From Patescibacteria group bacterium (GTDB lineage Bacteria; Patescibacteriota; Minisyncoccia; Phycocordibacterales; PALSA-1337): 64,000 nucleotides of DNA. This document shows, piece after piece, positions 46,203 through 55,276 of the stretch. Within the stretch, counting starts at the first letter, position 1, and the number at the start of each line of letters is the position of its first letter. The notes beneath the pieces are model-generated. The model ran no database searches and had not been told where the DNA came from. It saw nothing but the letters and a program-made list of their open reading frames with translations. The stretch lies in NCBI GenBank assembly GCA_040384285.1, contig JAZKJN010000010.1, positions 11,995-75,994 of the forward strand, written 5' to 3'. The position numbers were made by a program, and so were the translations under genes.

Positions 46203-46727
46203 TTATGACTTTTCTGTCAAAACGAACCGGTACTCTTTTGCACACCAGATTGGTCCTGCATAGTCGATACCGATACGAGGAGTTTTCTTGATATGTTTGG
46301 CATCAAAATCTTTTTTACGGGACTCGATCCATATGCCGGCTTCCTTGCCGAGTTTTTTGCTATTAAAATCTCCAGTGATTTTTAGTTTCTTGGTAACGCG
46401 TCCAGGTCCTATTGCTTCCTCGACACCACGTATGAGTACTGCAGCAGGGTAGTCCTTCTCACCTGTGACGATATTCATCATCCAGTGCATGCCGTAGACA
46501 AGATAGACGTAGAGGTGGCCAGCAGGCCCAAACATTACCTCTGTCCGTTTCGTCCTTCCTTTCGATGCATGGCAGGCTTTATCATCGATCCCGTCATATG
46601 CTTCGGTTTCGGTGATCATATATCGAACAGTTTCTTCTTCCATTTTTCTTACGATGAAACAGCCGACGAGATCGTGGGCGACTTGTACGACATCACGATT
46701 AAAGAAAGAATGTGGCAAGGAAGACAT
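46203..46727 (-). CDS. DNA-3-methyladenine glycosylase (Mpg/AAG family)
   Basis: ITETEAYDGIDDKACHASKGRTKRTEVMFGPAGHLYVYLVYGMHWMMNIV matches the MPG family signature (ETEAY...D.A.H...G.T.R...MFGP.G..YVY). Confidence 0.85.
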   Translation of the reverse strand: MSSLPHSFFNRDVVQVAHDLVGCFIVRKMEEETVRYMITETEAYDGIDDKACHASKGRTKRTEVMFGPAGHLYVYLVYGMHWMMNIVTGEKDYPAAVLIRGVEEAIGPGRVTKKLKITGDFNSKKLGKEAGIWIESRKKDFDAKHIKKTPRIGIDYAGPIWCAKEYRFVLTEKS

Positions 46728-46769
46728 AAATCTGGTATAAAGATGAAGCGATGTGAGTATATCGCATAT

Positions 46770-46843
46770 GGTGGCTATAGTTTAGTGGTAAAACTCCGGT
46801 TTGTGGAACCGGTATCGAGAGTTCGATTCTCTCTAGTCACCCC
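46770..46843 (+). tRNA. tRNA-His (anticodon GTG) with encoded G-1 and CCA
   Basis: The extra 5' G pairs with discriminator C73, the tRNA-His hallmark. Acceptor GTGGCTA/TAGTCAC, anticodon stem CCGGT/ACCGG with loop TTGTGGA, T arm GAGAG-TTCGATT-CTCTC. Confidence 0.9.
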
Positions 46844-46856
46844 AATAAATACGTAC

Positions 46857-47258
46857 ATGCAAACAAAAAAGATGGCAATCGCTGTTGTGAAAGATGGAGA
46901 CAAAGTTCTTTTGCGAAAAAAGCCTGCGGGATCTCTTCCGTATGCCGAGACGTGGTATCTTTTTGGTGTCGAAGTCCAGGAAGATGAACAAGCATCAATA
47001 AAAAACTATCTTAAAAATATCGTCGGGATTGAAGTAGAAGTAGGGGAGATTGTAGGACAGGATAAAGAAATAAAAGCAGATCATGATGGGGTGGTAAAAG
47101 AATTTGAATATATAGATATTGTTTGTTCGTACAAGGGAGGGGAACCAAAACTTATTCCCGGTGCGGAAAAAATGGAATGGGTTCAAAAAGACAAATTAAA
47201 AGAATATGATCTCGTCCCACCTTCGGTAAAATTGTTTAAAAAGTTAGGGTATTTATAA
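46857..47258 (+). CDS. NUDIX-fold-like small protein (degenerate Nudix box)
   Basis: The start MAIAVVKDGDKVLLRKK... is typical of NUDIX beta-strand 1. The Nudix-box region (...IKNYLKNIVGIEV..) is poorly conserved. The listed ORF start 46485 runs through tRNA-His and antisense to mpg, so the ATG at 46857 is used. Confidence 0.35.
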   Translation: MQTKKMAIAVVKDGDKVLLRKKPAGSLPYAETWYLFGVEVQEDEQASIKNYLKNIVGIEVEVGEIVGQDKEIKADHDGVVKEFEYIDIVCSYKGGEPKLIPGAEKMEWVQKDKLKEYDLVPPSVKLFKKLGYL

Positions 47259-47266
47259 CTATGCGT

Positions 47267-47295
47267 TGACGGTCTAGTTAATTTACTATATATTC
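47267..47295 (+). promoter_or_regulatory. putative sigma70-type promoter
   Basis: TTGACG (47267-47272), 17-bp spacer, TATATT. About 70 bp upstream of the 47366 gene. Confidence 0.3.
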
Positions 47296-47365
47296 ACTTT
47301 GGAAAAAGTGGCATGCCGCCACCTCCAAAACCGGCCAATATAAGCCATTCCCAAAAGGAAAAATT

Positions 47366-47806
47366 ATGGATAAAGTAACGATTCGTTTCGGTAAAGGACT
47401 ACAGAGAGTGCTCAGAGATGACTCAGATTTTTTTAAAGAGCCGACCCTACAGACAGCCTTCGCTTTTGTGGGGTTTGTCACCTCAATCACATCTCTCGGA
47501 TTTGGCGGGGGAGTGCCTCTTAAGTCTTTCAAGGTTCGTGATTGTGATATTCACGAAACTGGTGGTTTGATACCAGGTCCAAAAACAAGAAATCTCCTTG
47601 AAAGGGCTAATCAATTGAGCGATAGAGTGTCTGTAGAGTTTGAGATTGATGAGGTGCCCCATCGCATTAGTGTAAGGTTTCATTTTTATGGAAGTGGTAA
47701 AAATGCACGTACATATCTTCAGTGTGCGGGGATTGTCGAGTCAGATTGTATTCGGAAGTTTCCATTATTCAGATTCACTCCAGAATTTTTTCCTGAGTTT
47801 TGCTAA
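47366..47806 (+). CDS. hypothetical protein (146 aa)
   Basis: No family recognised. Followed by a terminator-like hairpin (CCCACAGAA...TTCTGTTGGG, T7) at ~47822-47868. Confidence 0.45.
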   Translation: MDKVTIRFGKGLQRVLRDDSDFFKEPTLQTAFAFVGFVTSITSLGFGGGVPLKSFKVRDCDIHETGGLIPGPKTRNLLERANQLSDRVSVEFEIDEVPHRISVRFHFYGSGKNARTYLQCAGIVESDCIRKFPLFRFTPEFFPEFC

Positions 47807-47888
47807 AAAAAGCATTTGTGTCTACTGCCCACAGAATTCGTTCAAGGGTTTCTGTTGGGCGGTTTTTTTATTTGCTATACTTACCCCT

Positions 47889-48392
47889 ATGCAAAACTAT
47901 TTCAAAGGCACAAAGGAACACCCATACCATCTCTCCGTCGGAGCAGTCGCACTCAATGAGAAAAATGAAGTATGTTGCCACTACTTTACAGAGATAAAGG
48001 GACACGCTTCATTTGCACATCTCAAAAATTTCTACATTCTCATGCGTGAGACTATGGAGATGGGGGAGAGTATTGAACAGACGCTTCACCGAGGACTCAA
48101 AGAAGAATTTGGTATAACAGGAGAGATTGTTGACTACCTCGGTTCTACTAGAGATGAGTACTTTGATCCAGGAAAGGATTCTCAAATAGAAAAGACAACT
48201 TTGTATTTCTTGGTGAAGACAAAAACTTTTAATCCTGAATTGCGAAACCAAGAAGATGTTGAGGTGGAAAGTAAAATCGAGTGGCAATCCTGCGATTACT
48301 TGATTGAAAAAATGAAGGAACAAGGAATACGCTTTGGCAATATGTCTCTGGATGAATCGTCTATTCTAGAAAAAGTAAAAACATATATTTAG
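47889..48392 (+). CDS. NUDIX hydrolase
   Basis: Nudix-box-like GESIEQTLHRGLKEEFGI (REx2EExGU core). A ~165-aa core starting at MQNYFKG. The N-terminal extension of the listed ORF overlaps the previous gene. Confidence 0.65.
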   Translation: MQNYFKGTKEHPYHLSVGAVALNEKNEVCCHYFTEIKGHASFAHLKNFYILMRETMEMGESIEQTLHRGLKEEFGITGEIVDYLGSTRDEYFDPGKDSQIEKTTLYFLVKTKTFNPELRNQEDVEVESKIEWQSCDYLIEKMKEQGIRFGNMSLDESSILEKVKTYI

Positions 48393-48443
48393 AAATAAAA
48401 AAACCCGCAACGGGTGAGGCTGGGGAGTCTGTGGTGGATGAGG

Positions 48444-48683
48444 TCAACTGGCCACAAAGAAAAGATTTCGATTATTTTTGCCAGGAGCAGGAAGGAAGAC
48501 TTTTACCGAAGGTTTGAAATTTTTGACTTTCCGTTCGAGTCTCCTCAGGTTTGTGTCGTGAACGTAGTTTCGATGATCCTTTGCATCCATGATGATGTGG
48601 GAATCAGGATGCTTGTGCTGAGCTCTGGTGGCTGCTTTCAGTAGTCGTACGTACCAGGTGATTTTTCGTGATTTCTTTGCCAT
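48444..48683 (-). CDS. small basic protein of unknown function (79 aa)
   Basis: MAKKSRKITWYVRLLKAATRAQHKHPDSHII... Followed on the minus strand by a terminator (ACCCG-UUG-CGGGU plus U7, plus-strand coordinates 48395-48415). Confidence 0.35.
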   Translation of the reverse strand: MAKKSRKITWYVRLLKAATRAQHKHPDSHIIMDAKDHRNYVHDTNLRRLERKVKNFKPSVKVFLPAPGKNNRNLFFVAS

Positions 48684-48803
48684 GCCGATCAGGGGGTAAG
48701 GGGTTGATGTCGAGATCTGTACTTAGACTATTCCTTTCATTATTTTTGTCAAACAGCTATGGTAATAAAGTAATTATCAATCATCTTAATCGTCATAACT
48801 CAT

Positions 48804-49127
48804 ATGATACACACAACAACACATTCAATTGAAGGAAAGAAAATAACAGAATATCTCGGAATCGTGAACGCCGATGTTATTATTGGTGCAAATATTATCA
48901 GCGATATTTTTGCTGGTATCCGTGACATCGTCGGAGGACGTTCTGCGACATACGAGAAAAAGTTTTCAGAAGGAAAGACGCTCGCACTCAAAGAGCTTGA
49001 AGAGGAAGCTGTGCGACTCGGAGCCAACGCTATCGTGGGAATTGATTTTGACTATGAGACAGTGGGGGCTCAGAGTACGATGCTCATGATCACTGTGTCG
49101 GGAACTGCGGTAAAGATCGAGCAATAA
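48804..49127 (+). CDS. YbjQ-family (UPF0145/DUF74) protein
   Basis: ...ITEYLGIVNADVIIGANIISDIFAGIRDIVGGRSATYEKKFSEGKTLALKELEEEAVRLGANAIVGIDFDYETVG... is the typical YbjQ sequence. Confidence 0.8.
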   Translation: MIHTTTHSIEGKKITEYLGIVNADVIIGANIISDIFAGIRDIVGGRSATYEKKFSEGKTLALKELEEEAVRLGANAIVGIDFDYETVGAQSTMLMITVSGTAVKIEQ

Positions 49128-49164
49128 AGCTATCTATATCCTCAATAAGGAGTACAATGATCCT

Positions 49165-49530
49165 ATGATTACATTTATACTATTAGGTCTGCTACTTGGG
49201 GCAATTGTTATTATTTTTGCATTACAAAACTCAATCACTATCACGGTCTCGTTCCTTGCGTGGCAATTCACGGGTCCCCTTACCTTTATCCTTCTTGCAG
49301 CAGTCGCAAGCGGTCTTTTGATCAGTTCATTCCTCTCATTGCCAGACTATATCCGTCAGGCGCTTCGCATCTCACGACTTAAAGACAAGACAGTGAAACT
49401 TCAGGAGACGGTAGTTGAAAAAGAAATCGAAGTAGAGAAAGAAAAGATTCGAGTTGAGGAAGAAAAATCAAAACTTGATGCAACAAACGCATACATCGAT
49501 GATCTAGAAAAACCTACTCCCAAGGTGTAA
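49165..49530 (+). CDS. LapA/DUF1049-like membrane protein
   Basis: Two N-terminal TM helices (...IIFALQNSITITVSFLAWQF..), then a charged coiled-coil tail. Confidence 0.45.
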   Translation: MITFILLGLLLGAIVIIFALQNSITITVSFLAWQFTGPLTFILLAAVASGLLISSFLSLPDYIRQALRISRLKDKTVKLQETVVEKEIEVEKEKIRVEEEKSKLDATNAYIDDLEKPTPKV

Positions 49531-49539
49531 TATATAGGT

Positions 49540-49758
49540 ATGAAAAAAATAATTATAATCATTATCGTCATTCTTCTTGTGGGATATTTCTTCCCTAAAT
49601 CATACACATCATCTGCGGGACATGTGACAGCAGAAATGAATGCTGAGTTCGAGGCAAACAAGCCGACATGTATGGGATACAGCTATCTCACCAACAGGGA
49701 AGCGACTTACGCCGATGCTCCTGGAAAGAGTTTGTGTTTTGGATGGTTGGTGAAATAA
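49540..49758 (+). CDS. small secreted/membrane-anchored protein (72 aa)
   Basis: N-terminal MKKIIIIIIVILLVGYFF hydrophobic segment plus two Cys. Confidence 0.35.
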   Translation: MKKIIIIIIVILLVGYFFPKSYTSSAGHVTAEMNAEFEANKPTCMGYSYLTNREATYADAPGKSLCFGWLVK

Positions 49759-49763
49759 CTACG

Positions 49764-49976
49764 ATGAGTAGCCCAATACAAACACGTGGTGGTTCTGCAG
49801 GAATCCTCATACTTTTTATCGGTGCGGTCATCCTCATGTTCCTTATGTTTAAACAATATGAAAAGCTCGGAATGCTCAAGGTAAAAGGGGAGCCTTACGA
49901 AGTTTCTCCGGTGGACCAAGCTCAGGCAGCAAAGGATGCTCTCGAATCACGAAATAGGGAAACTTTTGGACAGTAA
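49764..49976 (+). CDS. small membrane protein (70 aa)
   Basis: Single TM (AGILILFIGAVILMFLMF) with a C-terminal soluble tail. Start taken at the internal ATG of the listed ORF 49668..49976. Confidence 0.35.
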   Translation: MSSPIQTRGGSAGILILFIGAVILMFLMFKQYEKLGMLKVKGEPYEVSPVDQAQAAKDALESRNRETFGQ

Positions 49977-50008
49977 ATTCTCGGCAATAAGTTTGCTATA
50001 CTATATCC

Positions 50009-50455
50009 ATGACTCGATTCTTTCAAAAAATACTTCTCTCAGAATCTTACGAGCAAGGTCTCGTGACCCTCGTGCGTATTGGACTCGGGGTTATCTTTGT
50101 GTGGTTTGGAGTTCTCAAAATTCTCGGCTTCAACCCGGTCTTTGACCTTATCTACAACTCCATTCTTCCATGGCTTGCAGACGGTCCCGGTCTCATGACG
50201 CTCGGAATCTTTGAAACATTCATCGGAATCCTACTTCTTTCAAACCGTGCACTGATCTTTACTCATACAATAGTGTTTTTCCATCTCCTCGGAACATTCT
50301 CCACATTTATTTTTGGATGGCATATTGTCTTTCAGCCGTACTTCCCAATGCTCTCGCTTGATGGAGAATTTGTGATCAAAAATATAATTCTCGCCCTCGC
50401 TGGTCTCGTGGTTCTCGTGTATGAGTCTCGTAAAAAAGCAGGGAGGAATGGATAG
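50009..50455 (+). CDS. 4-TM membrane protein (DoxX/DUF417-like)
   Basis: 148 aa, strongly hydrophobic (…GLVTLVRIGLGVIFVWFGVLKI…). Confidence 0.45.
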   Translation: MTRFFQKILLSESYEQGLVTLVRIGLGVIFVWFGVLKILGFNPVFDLIYNSILPWLADGPGLMTLGIFETFIGILLLSNRALIFTHTIVFFHLLGTFSTFIFGWHIVFQPYFPMLSLDGEFVIKNIILALAGLVVLVYESRKKAGRNG

Positions 50456-50493
50456 GGAATCTGTGATAGTATCTCAAGAGAAGGAGGTGCATC

Positions 50494-50889
50494 ATGGCAT
50501 CTATAGAACATCTTATTGAAAGCGCCCGTACATACGAAATGGTTCATTTTCTCGCTAAGACCTTTAATGCCTCCCCAGTTATTCGTGATAGGACCACATT
50601 ACTCCCGAACGCTGTGGTATTTTCTCCCCTGCGGGAAATTCCTAAAAGAGACAGGCTTGAAAGTTGCCTCTCGAAATTTTATGAGGATCGCGGATATACT
50701 TTTGAGATCCGGCGAGGAAGCTTTTGCTCCACAATCCTGGATGGATATATCTTTGTCGGGGAGAAGAGGCGAGGAATGCTGAACTTTACTATCACTTGGT
50801 TTTCTATTCCTGACCTGGGTAATCCTCGCATTCTCGTGAGTACACAACTTTTGCCCAAAGGACTTTCATCCTCGTTGCCCCGGCCCTAA
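50494..50889 (+). CDS. hypothetical protein (131 aa)
   Basis: No family recognised. A terminator follows at 50882-50905 (GGCCC-TAACCAA-GGGCC-T6). Confidence 0.45.
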   Translation: MASIEHLIESARTYEMVHFLAKTFNASPVIRDRTTLLPNAVVFSPLREIPKRDRLESCLSKFYEDRGYTFEIRRGSFCSTILDGYIFVGEKRRGMLNFTITWFSIPDLGNPRILVSTQLLPKGLSSSLPRP

Positions 50890-50922
50890 CCAAGGGCCTT
50901 TTTTATTTGTTATACTTAGTCC

Positions 50923-51225
50923 ATGAAGACTTTCTCAGAAAAAGTATACGAAGTTGCAAGTCGAATTCCCAAAGGGAAGGTGGCAACTTACGGGCAGATT
51001 GCTCGGCTGGCAGGGAATACAAAAGCTTCTCGAGCCGTGGGGATGTGCATGAGTAGCAATATTGATACGAAAAAAGTTCCGTGTCATCGCGTAGTTGCTT
51101 CTACTGGCGAGCTCACAGGTTATGCTTTTGGCGGAGTTTCGGTAAAGCAAAAAATTCTTGAGAGAGAAGGTGTGGCATTTAAAAATAAAAAAGCGGATCT
51201 ACAACAATCGCAATGGCAAAAGTAA
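50923..51225 (+). CDS. MGMT-family methylated-DNA--protein-cysteine methyltransferase, DNA-binding/active-site domain only
   Basis: The active-site motif PCHRV is present (...KVPCHRVVAS..). The HTH region is ...YGQIARLAGNTKASRAVG.... At 100 aa it has no N-terminal domain. Confidence 0.75.
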   Translation: MKTFSEKVYEVASRIPKGKVATYGQIARLAGNTKASRAVGMCMSSNIDTKKVPCHRVVASTGELTGYAFGGVSVKQKILEREGVAFKNKKADLQQSQWQK

Positions 51226-51779
51226 AAAAAACAGGTTCAAAAAGAGCGCTTTTTCACGACATCCTCATGATTCTTTTTGGTGTGATGATCGCGGTTATCT
51301 TTGTAAAAACTGGAGTGCTTGATTTTCTCATCTCATCCCTGAAGGGTTATGTGATCATTGCAAGTTTTGTCGCAGGAATTTTCTTTACATCTGCCTTTAC
51401 ACTTGCTCCTGCATCCATTGCTCTGGTAAGTATCTCTCAATATGCCCCCACGAGTACGATTGCTCTCTGGGGAGGACTGGGGGCAATGTGTGGAGATCTC
51501 ATTCTTTTCTTTTTTATCCGCGATCGGTTCGCAGAAGATCTCATGAAGGCAATGAAACCAGCAAAAATAAAAAGCATTCTCCACTCGTTTCATTTTGGTT
51601 TTCTGAAATGGCTCTCTCCAATTCTCGGTGCGCTCATTATTGCATCACCTTTGCCCGATGAATTTGGCATTACGCTCATGGGAATTTCCAAAGTTCGCGT
51701 CGCCATCCTTATGCCAATCGCGTTTGTCATGAACGTCCTTGGAATTTATCTTTTGATTCAATTCTCTCATCTGATATAA
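51213..51779 (+). CDS. polytopic membrane protein of unknown function
   Basis: 188 aa with about 5 TM helices. Confidence 0.5.
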   Translation: MAKVKKTGSKRALFHDILMILFGVMIAVIFVKTGVLDFLISSLKGYVIIASFVAGIFFTSAFTLAPASIALVSISQYAPTSTIALWGGLGAMCGDLILFFFIRDRFAEDLMKAMKPAKIKSILHSFHFGFLKWLSPILGALIIASPLPDEFGITLMGISKVRVAILMPIAFVMNVLGIYLLIQFSHLI

Positions 51780-51787
51780 TCAGATAC

Positions 51788-52438
51788 ATGAATACAAACA
51801 GAATCATCGGATGGGCAATTTTCGTAGCAGTTGTAGGTCTTATTGTATGGGGAATGATCGCCGCTTCAAATAAAGCCAAGAACGAGCTTACTGGTGCTGG
51901 TCTTCCTGACCAAGTAGTGGCAACCGACTGGGTAAAGGGAACAAGCACGGCTCCTGTCACTCTCGTCGAATATTCAGACTTTCAGTGTCCGGCATGCGGA
52001 GGATATTTTCCTCTCGTAGAGAAGCTTGTTGCTGAGAATCCTACTCTTGTACGTCTCGTGTACCGACACTTTCCACTTCAGCAGCATGTGCATGCTATGC
52101 TCGCAGCACAGGCATCTGAGGCAGCAGGAAACCAGGGTAAATTCTGGGAAATGTATAAAAAGCTTTTTGAAACTCAGGCTGACTGGGACAAAGCAGCAGA
52201 TGCAAAGGCGGTATTCACAGGCTATGCACAGGAACTCGGACTCGATATGGTAAAGTTTGCCGCCGACATTGACTCACAGGTTGTAAAGGATAAGATAAAC
52301 GCCCAGGCTCTCGGAGGGGCACGAGGAGGAGTAAACTCAACTCCGACATTCTATGTAAACGGAAAGAAGATACAAAATCCTCAAAGTTATGATGAATTTA
52401 AAAAACTTATTGAAAACGCAGCTACCCCCGCTGCCTAA
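51788..52438 (+). CDS. DsbA-family thiol:disulfide oxidoreductase (membrane-anchored)
   Basis: N-terminal TM and thioredoxin-fold active site in FQCPACGGYF (CPAC). Confidence 0.8.
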   Translation: MNTNRIIGWAIFVAVVGLIVWGMIAASNKAKNELTGAGLPDQVVATDWVKGTSTAPVTLVEYSDFQCPACGGYFPLVEKLVAENPTLVRLVYRHFPLQQHVHAMLAAQASEAAGNQGKFWEMYKKLFETQADWDKAADAKAVFTGYAQELGLDMVKFAADIDSQVVKDKINAQALGGARGGVNSTPTFYVNGKKIQNPQSYDEFKKLIENAATPAA

Positions 52439-52844
52439 ATGGGTCCCTATCGCGCTTCTTACAATTGCCCTTATCGGCTTTGCTGATGCTACATACCTCA
52501 CGGTTGAGCACTACATGAATAGTATTCCACCGTGTGCGATCGGAGGATGTGAAATCGTACTGACGAGCCAATATTCAGATATTCTTGGCTTCCCGACATC
52601 GCTTCTCGGTGCGGCTTATTATCTTCTTGTCGCCGTACTCATATTCCTTTCTCTCGATAGCAAGAAGGAAAAGTATCTCCGGTACGCTTTACTCCTGACA
52701 CCTCTCGGATTTCTCGCATCTCTCGTGTTCGTCTCTATTATGATTTTTGTTCTCCAGGCTTTCTGTTTGTACTGCTCAGTTTCCGCTCTCACTTCAACTC
52801 TCTTGTTTGTCGGCGCCCTCGTTATCTTTAAAAAATATACATGA
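52389..52844 (+). CDS. vitamin K epoxide reductase (VKOR) family protein, DsbB analogue
   Basis: Four TM helices. Loop Cys pair in ...PPCAIGGCEI... and the redox CxxC motif CLYC in the last TM. Its start overlaps the DsbA gene tail. Confidence 0.7.
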   Translation: MMNLKNLLKTQLPPLPKWVPIALLTIALIGFADATYLTVEHYMNSIPPCAIGGCEIVLTSQYSDILGFPTSLLGAAYYLLVAVLIFLSLDSKKEKYLRYALLLTPLGFLASLVFVSIMIFVLQAFCLYCSVSALTSTLLFVGALVIFKKYT

Positions 52845-54406
52845 AAAAGAAAATCGCACATTATCTTAGAAATAAAATCATTGTCGGCGTAATTGCACTC
52901 GTCCTCATAGTTATCGTGGGTGTTGCTTTTGCATCAAGTGGAAATGGGGAAATAGGGGAGACGGCCACTGTCACTCGAGGATCTGTGCGAGAGTCTGTAG
53001 AGGTGACTGGTAAGGTAGCTCCGTTCGGAAAAGCAGATCTTGGGTTTGAAAAAGGGGGAGTATTGGCACAAATCAATGCAAAGGTGGGCGACGCCGTAAA
53101 AAAAGGGACCATTATTGCTTCACTTGATAATGCAGATACGCTTGCATCTTTGCGTGGTGCCGAAGCTCATCTTTTGGGCGAGCGCGCACGACTTTCTGAA
53201 TTGCAAAAGGGTCTTCGCCCCGAAGAACTTTCTGTGGAAACAGCAAAATATAAAGCTTCACAGAGTGATTTTACCGAAGGGCGAACAGCTCTTTTGAACG
53301 CTCTCCATGATGCGTATGTAAAAGCAGAAACTTCTCTTGTAAGCCATACAGACGTGATGTTTAATAACCCTCGAAGTGCCCGGCCCACTGTCGTTTTTGT
53401 GCTCGATAGCTACGCTGAGGAAAACAGGATCAGCCAGTCACGCGCTTTGGTAACACAGAATCTTCTTGCATGGAAAAGTGATCTCGATTCGCTGACACTC
53501 GACTCCGATCCAGCGCCGTACGCTCTCAAAGCCCGTGGATATCTCATGTCGATCAAAACTCTTATGAGCGAGCTCTCAGTGATTGTCTCCGATCTCAATA
53601 GCGGAGGCTCTGGTTTTACCGAAGCTCAGATCGATACCTATACCACAGCGCTTAATGATGGAATTTCTGCTCTGAATACTGCTGTAGCTTCTCTTGCAGC
53701 AGGCGAATCTGCATACAACACTGCATCGTCAAATCTTTCTATTGCAGAAGATCAGTTCGACCTCCAAAAAGCGGGTTCATCTGTAGAAGCACTCGAGATC
53801 CAGATGGCAAGCGTCAACAAAGCGTCTGCAGACGTTCTTGCTCTTCAGGCAGAACTTGGCAAGCGTCGTGTCGTGGCTCCTATCGATGGAATACTTACAA
53901 AAGCAGATGCTCATCTCGGAGAATTCATCTCTCCAGGAACAGTTTCTTTCGCAATGATTTCTGAGGAATCTTTCAAGGTTGAAATCTTTGTGCCTGAAGT
54001 TGATATTGCAAAAATTTCTGTAAATGATGTTGCTTCGATACAGCTCGATGCATATGGGGAAGATGCTGTGTTCAAAGCTCATGTGATTTCTGTGGATCCT
54101 GCAGAAACTGTCGTTGAAGGTGTACCAACCTACAAGGTAACCCTTCAGTTTGATGAAAAAGACGCTCGAGTACGTTCCGGTATGACTGCAAATATCGAGA
54201 TTGAAACTAATTTCAAAAAAAATGTTCTCACCGTCCCATACCGTGCAATCACTCAAAGAAAAGGTGAAAGTTTTGTGAAAGTTCTCGATTCAGATGAGGA
54301 ATATACTGAAGTGAAAGTCGTAACAGGACTCAAGGGCTCTGATGGAATGGTAGAAATACAAAGCGGACTTTCTGAGGGAATGATGGTGGTTACTTTGCTC
54401 AAGTAA
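52841..54406 (+). CDS. HlyD/membrane-fusion-protein family periplasmic adaptor (long coiled-coil form)
   Basis: N-terminal TM, then a lipoyl/beta-barrel-like start (ATVTRGSVRESVEVTGKV...), a long coiled-coil middle, and C-terminal beta domains (RVVAPIDGILTK...). Confidence 0.6.
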   Translation: MKKKIAHYLRNKIIVGVIALVLIVIVGVAFASSGNGEIGETATVTRGSVRESVEVTGKVAPFGKADLGFEKGGVLAQINAKVGDAVKKGTIIASLDNADTLASLRGAEAHLLGERARLSELQKGLRPEELSVETAKYKASQSDFTEGRTALLNALHDAYVKAETSLVSHTDVMFNNPRSARPTVVFVLDSYAEENRISQSRALVTQNLLAWKSDLDSLTLDSDPAPYALKARGYLMSIKTLMSELSVIVSDLNSGGSGFTEAQIDTYTTALNDGISALNTAVASLAAGESAYNTASSNLSIAEDQFDLQKAGSSVEALEIQMASVNKASADVLALQAELGKRRVVAPIDGILTKADAHLGEFISPGTVSFAMISEESFKVEIFVPEVDIAKISVNDVASIQLDAYGEDAVFKAHVISVDPAETVVEGVPTYKVTLQFDEKDARVRSGMTANIEIETNFKKNVLTVPYRAITQRKGESFVKVLDSDEEYTEVKVVTGLKGSDGMVEIQSGLSEGMMVVTLLK

Positions 54407-55276
54407 ATGAAAACATCTTCAATATTAATCACGCAGCCCACAGAGGATTACGAACTCCTTGATTCTGGAGAAGGGGAGAAACTCGAACGTTTCGCCTCTA
54501 CTGTCCTTTCTCGTCCCGATCCACAAGCTCTCTGGAAGAAAAATCTTGGAGCAGATGAATGGAAAAAAGCAGATGCTCACTTTAGCCGTACAGAGGCAGA
54601 AGGTGCATGGAAATTTAAAAAAGAAAAGCTCGAGAAATGGCCGATCAGTTTTTCAGGGTTGAAGTTTTGGATAAAGCCAACAGCATTTAAACATGTGGGT
54701 ATTTTCCCTGAGCAATCAGAAAACTGGAACTGGATGCGGGGACTTTTGGAAGGCAAAAAAGACATTGATGTCTTAAATCTTTTCGGCTACACAGGTGGTG
54801 CATCTCTTGCATGTGCACAAGGAGGGGCAAAAGTGGTTCACATCGATGGATCTAAATCAGCAATTGCCTGGGCACGAGAAAATGCAGAACTCTCAGGTCT
54901 TTCCGACAAACCTATCCGCTGGATACTTGAAGATGCACGAGTGTTTGTTGGGCGTGAGGTAAAGCGGGGAAACAAGTACGATGCCATCATCATGGACCCA
55001 CCTGCTTTTGGACATGGTGCAAACAAAGAGCTTTGGAAAATCGAAGAAGATTTCCTCCCACTTGTCGAAGATTGTATGAAGCTTCTGAAAGATACACCTC
55101 TATTTTTTATCATCAACGGATACTCTGCTGGATATTCAGCGCTTGCCTATGAAAATGTTTTGGGAGAGCTTGTAAAAAAGTATGGGGGATCGATCGAGAC
55201 AGGGGAGCTGACACTTGAGGAGAAGGGTAGCAAAAGACTCTTGCCTTGTGGTATCTTTGCACGATGGAACCTATAA
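54407..55276 (+). CDS. class I SAM-dependent rRNA methyltransferase, RlmI/YccW-like
   Basis: SAM-binding motif LNLFGYTGGASLA and the DPPAFGHG motif. Confidence 0.65.
   Translation: MKTSSILITQPTEDYELLDSGEGEKLERFASTVLSRPDPQALWKKNLGADEWKKADAHFSRTEAEGAWKFKKEKLEKWPISFSGLKFWIKPTAFKHVGIFPEQSENWNWMRGLLEGKKDIDVLNLFGYTGGASLACAQGGAKVVHIDGSKSAIAWARENAELSGLSDKPIRWILEDARVFVGREVKRGNKYDAIIMDPPAFGHGANKELWKIEEDFLPLVEDCMKLLKDTPLFFIINGYSAGYSALAYENVLGELVKKYGGSIETGELTLEEKGSKRLLPCGIFARWNL

Noticed and set aside
46485-46856. N-terminal 124 codons of the listed ORF 46485..47258
   Set aside because: This part runs antisense through the mpg gene and across tRNA-His. The start was moved to the ATG at 46857.
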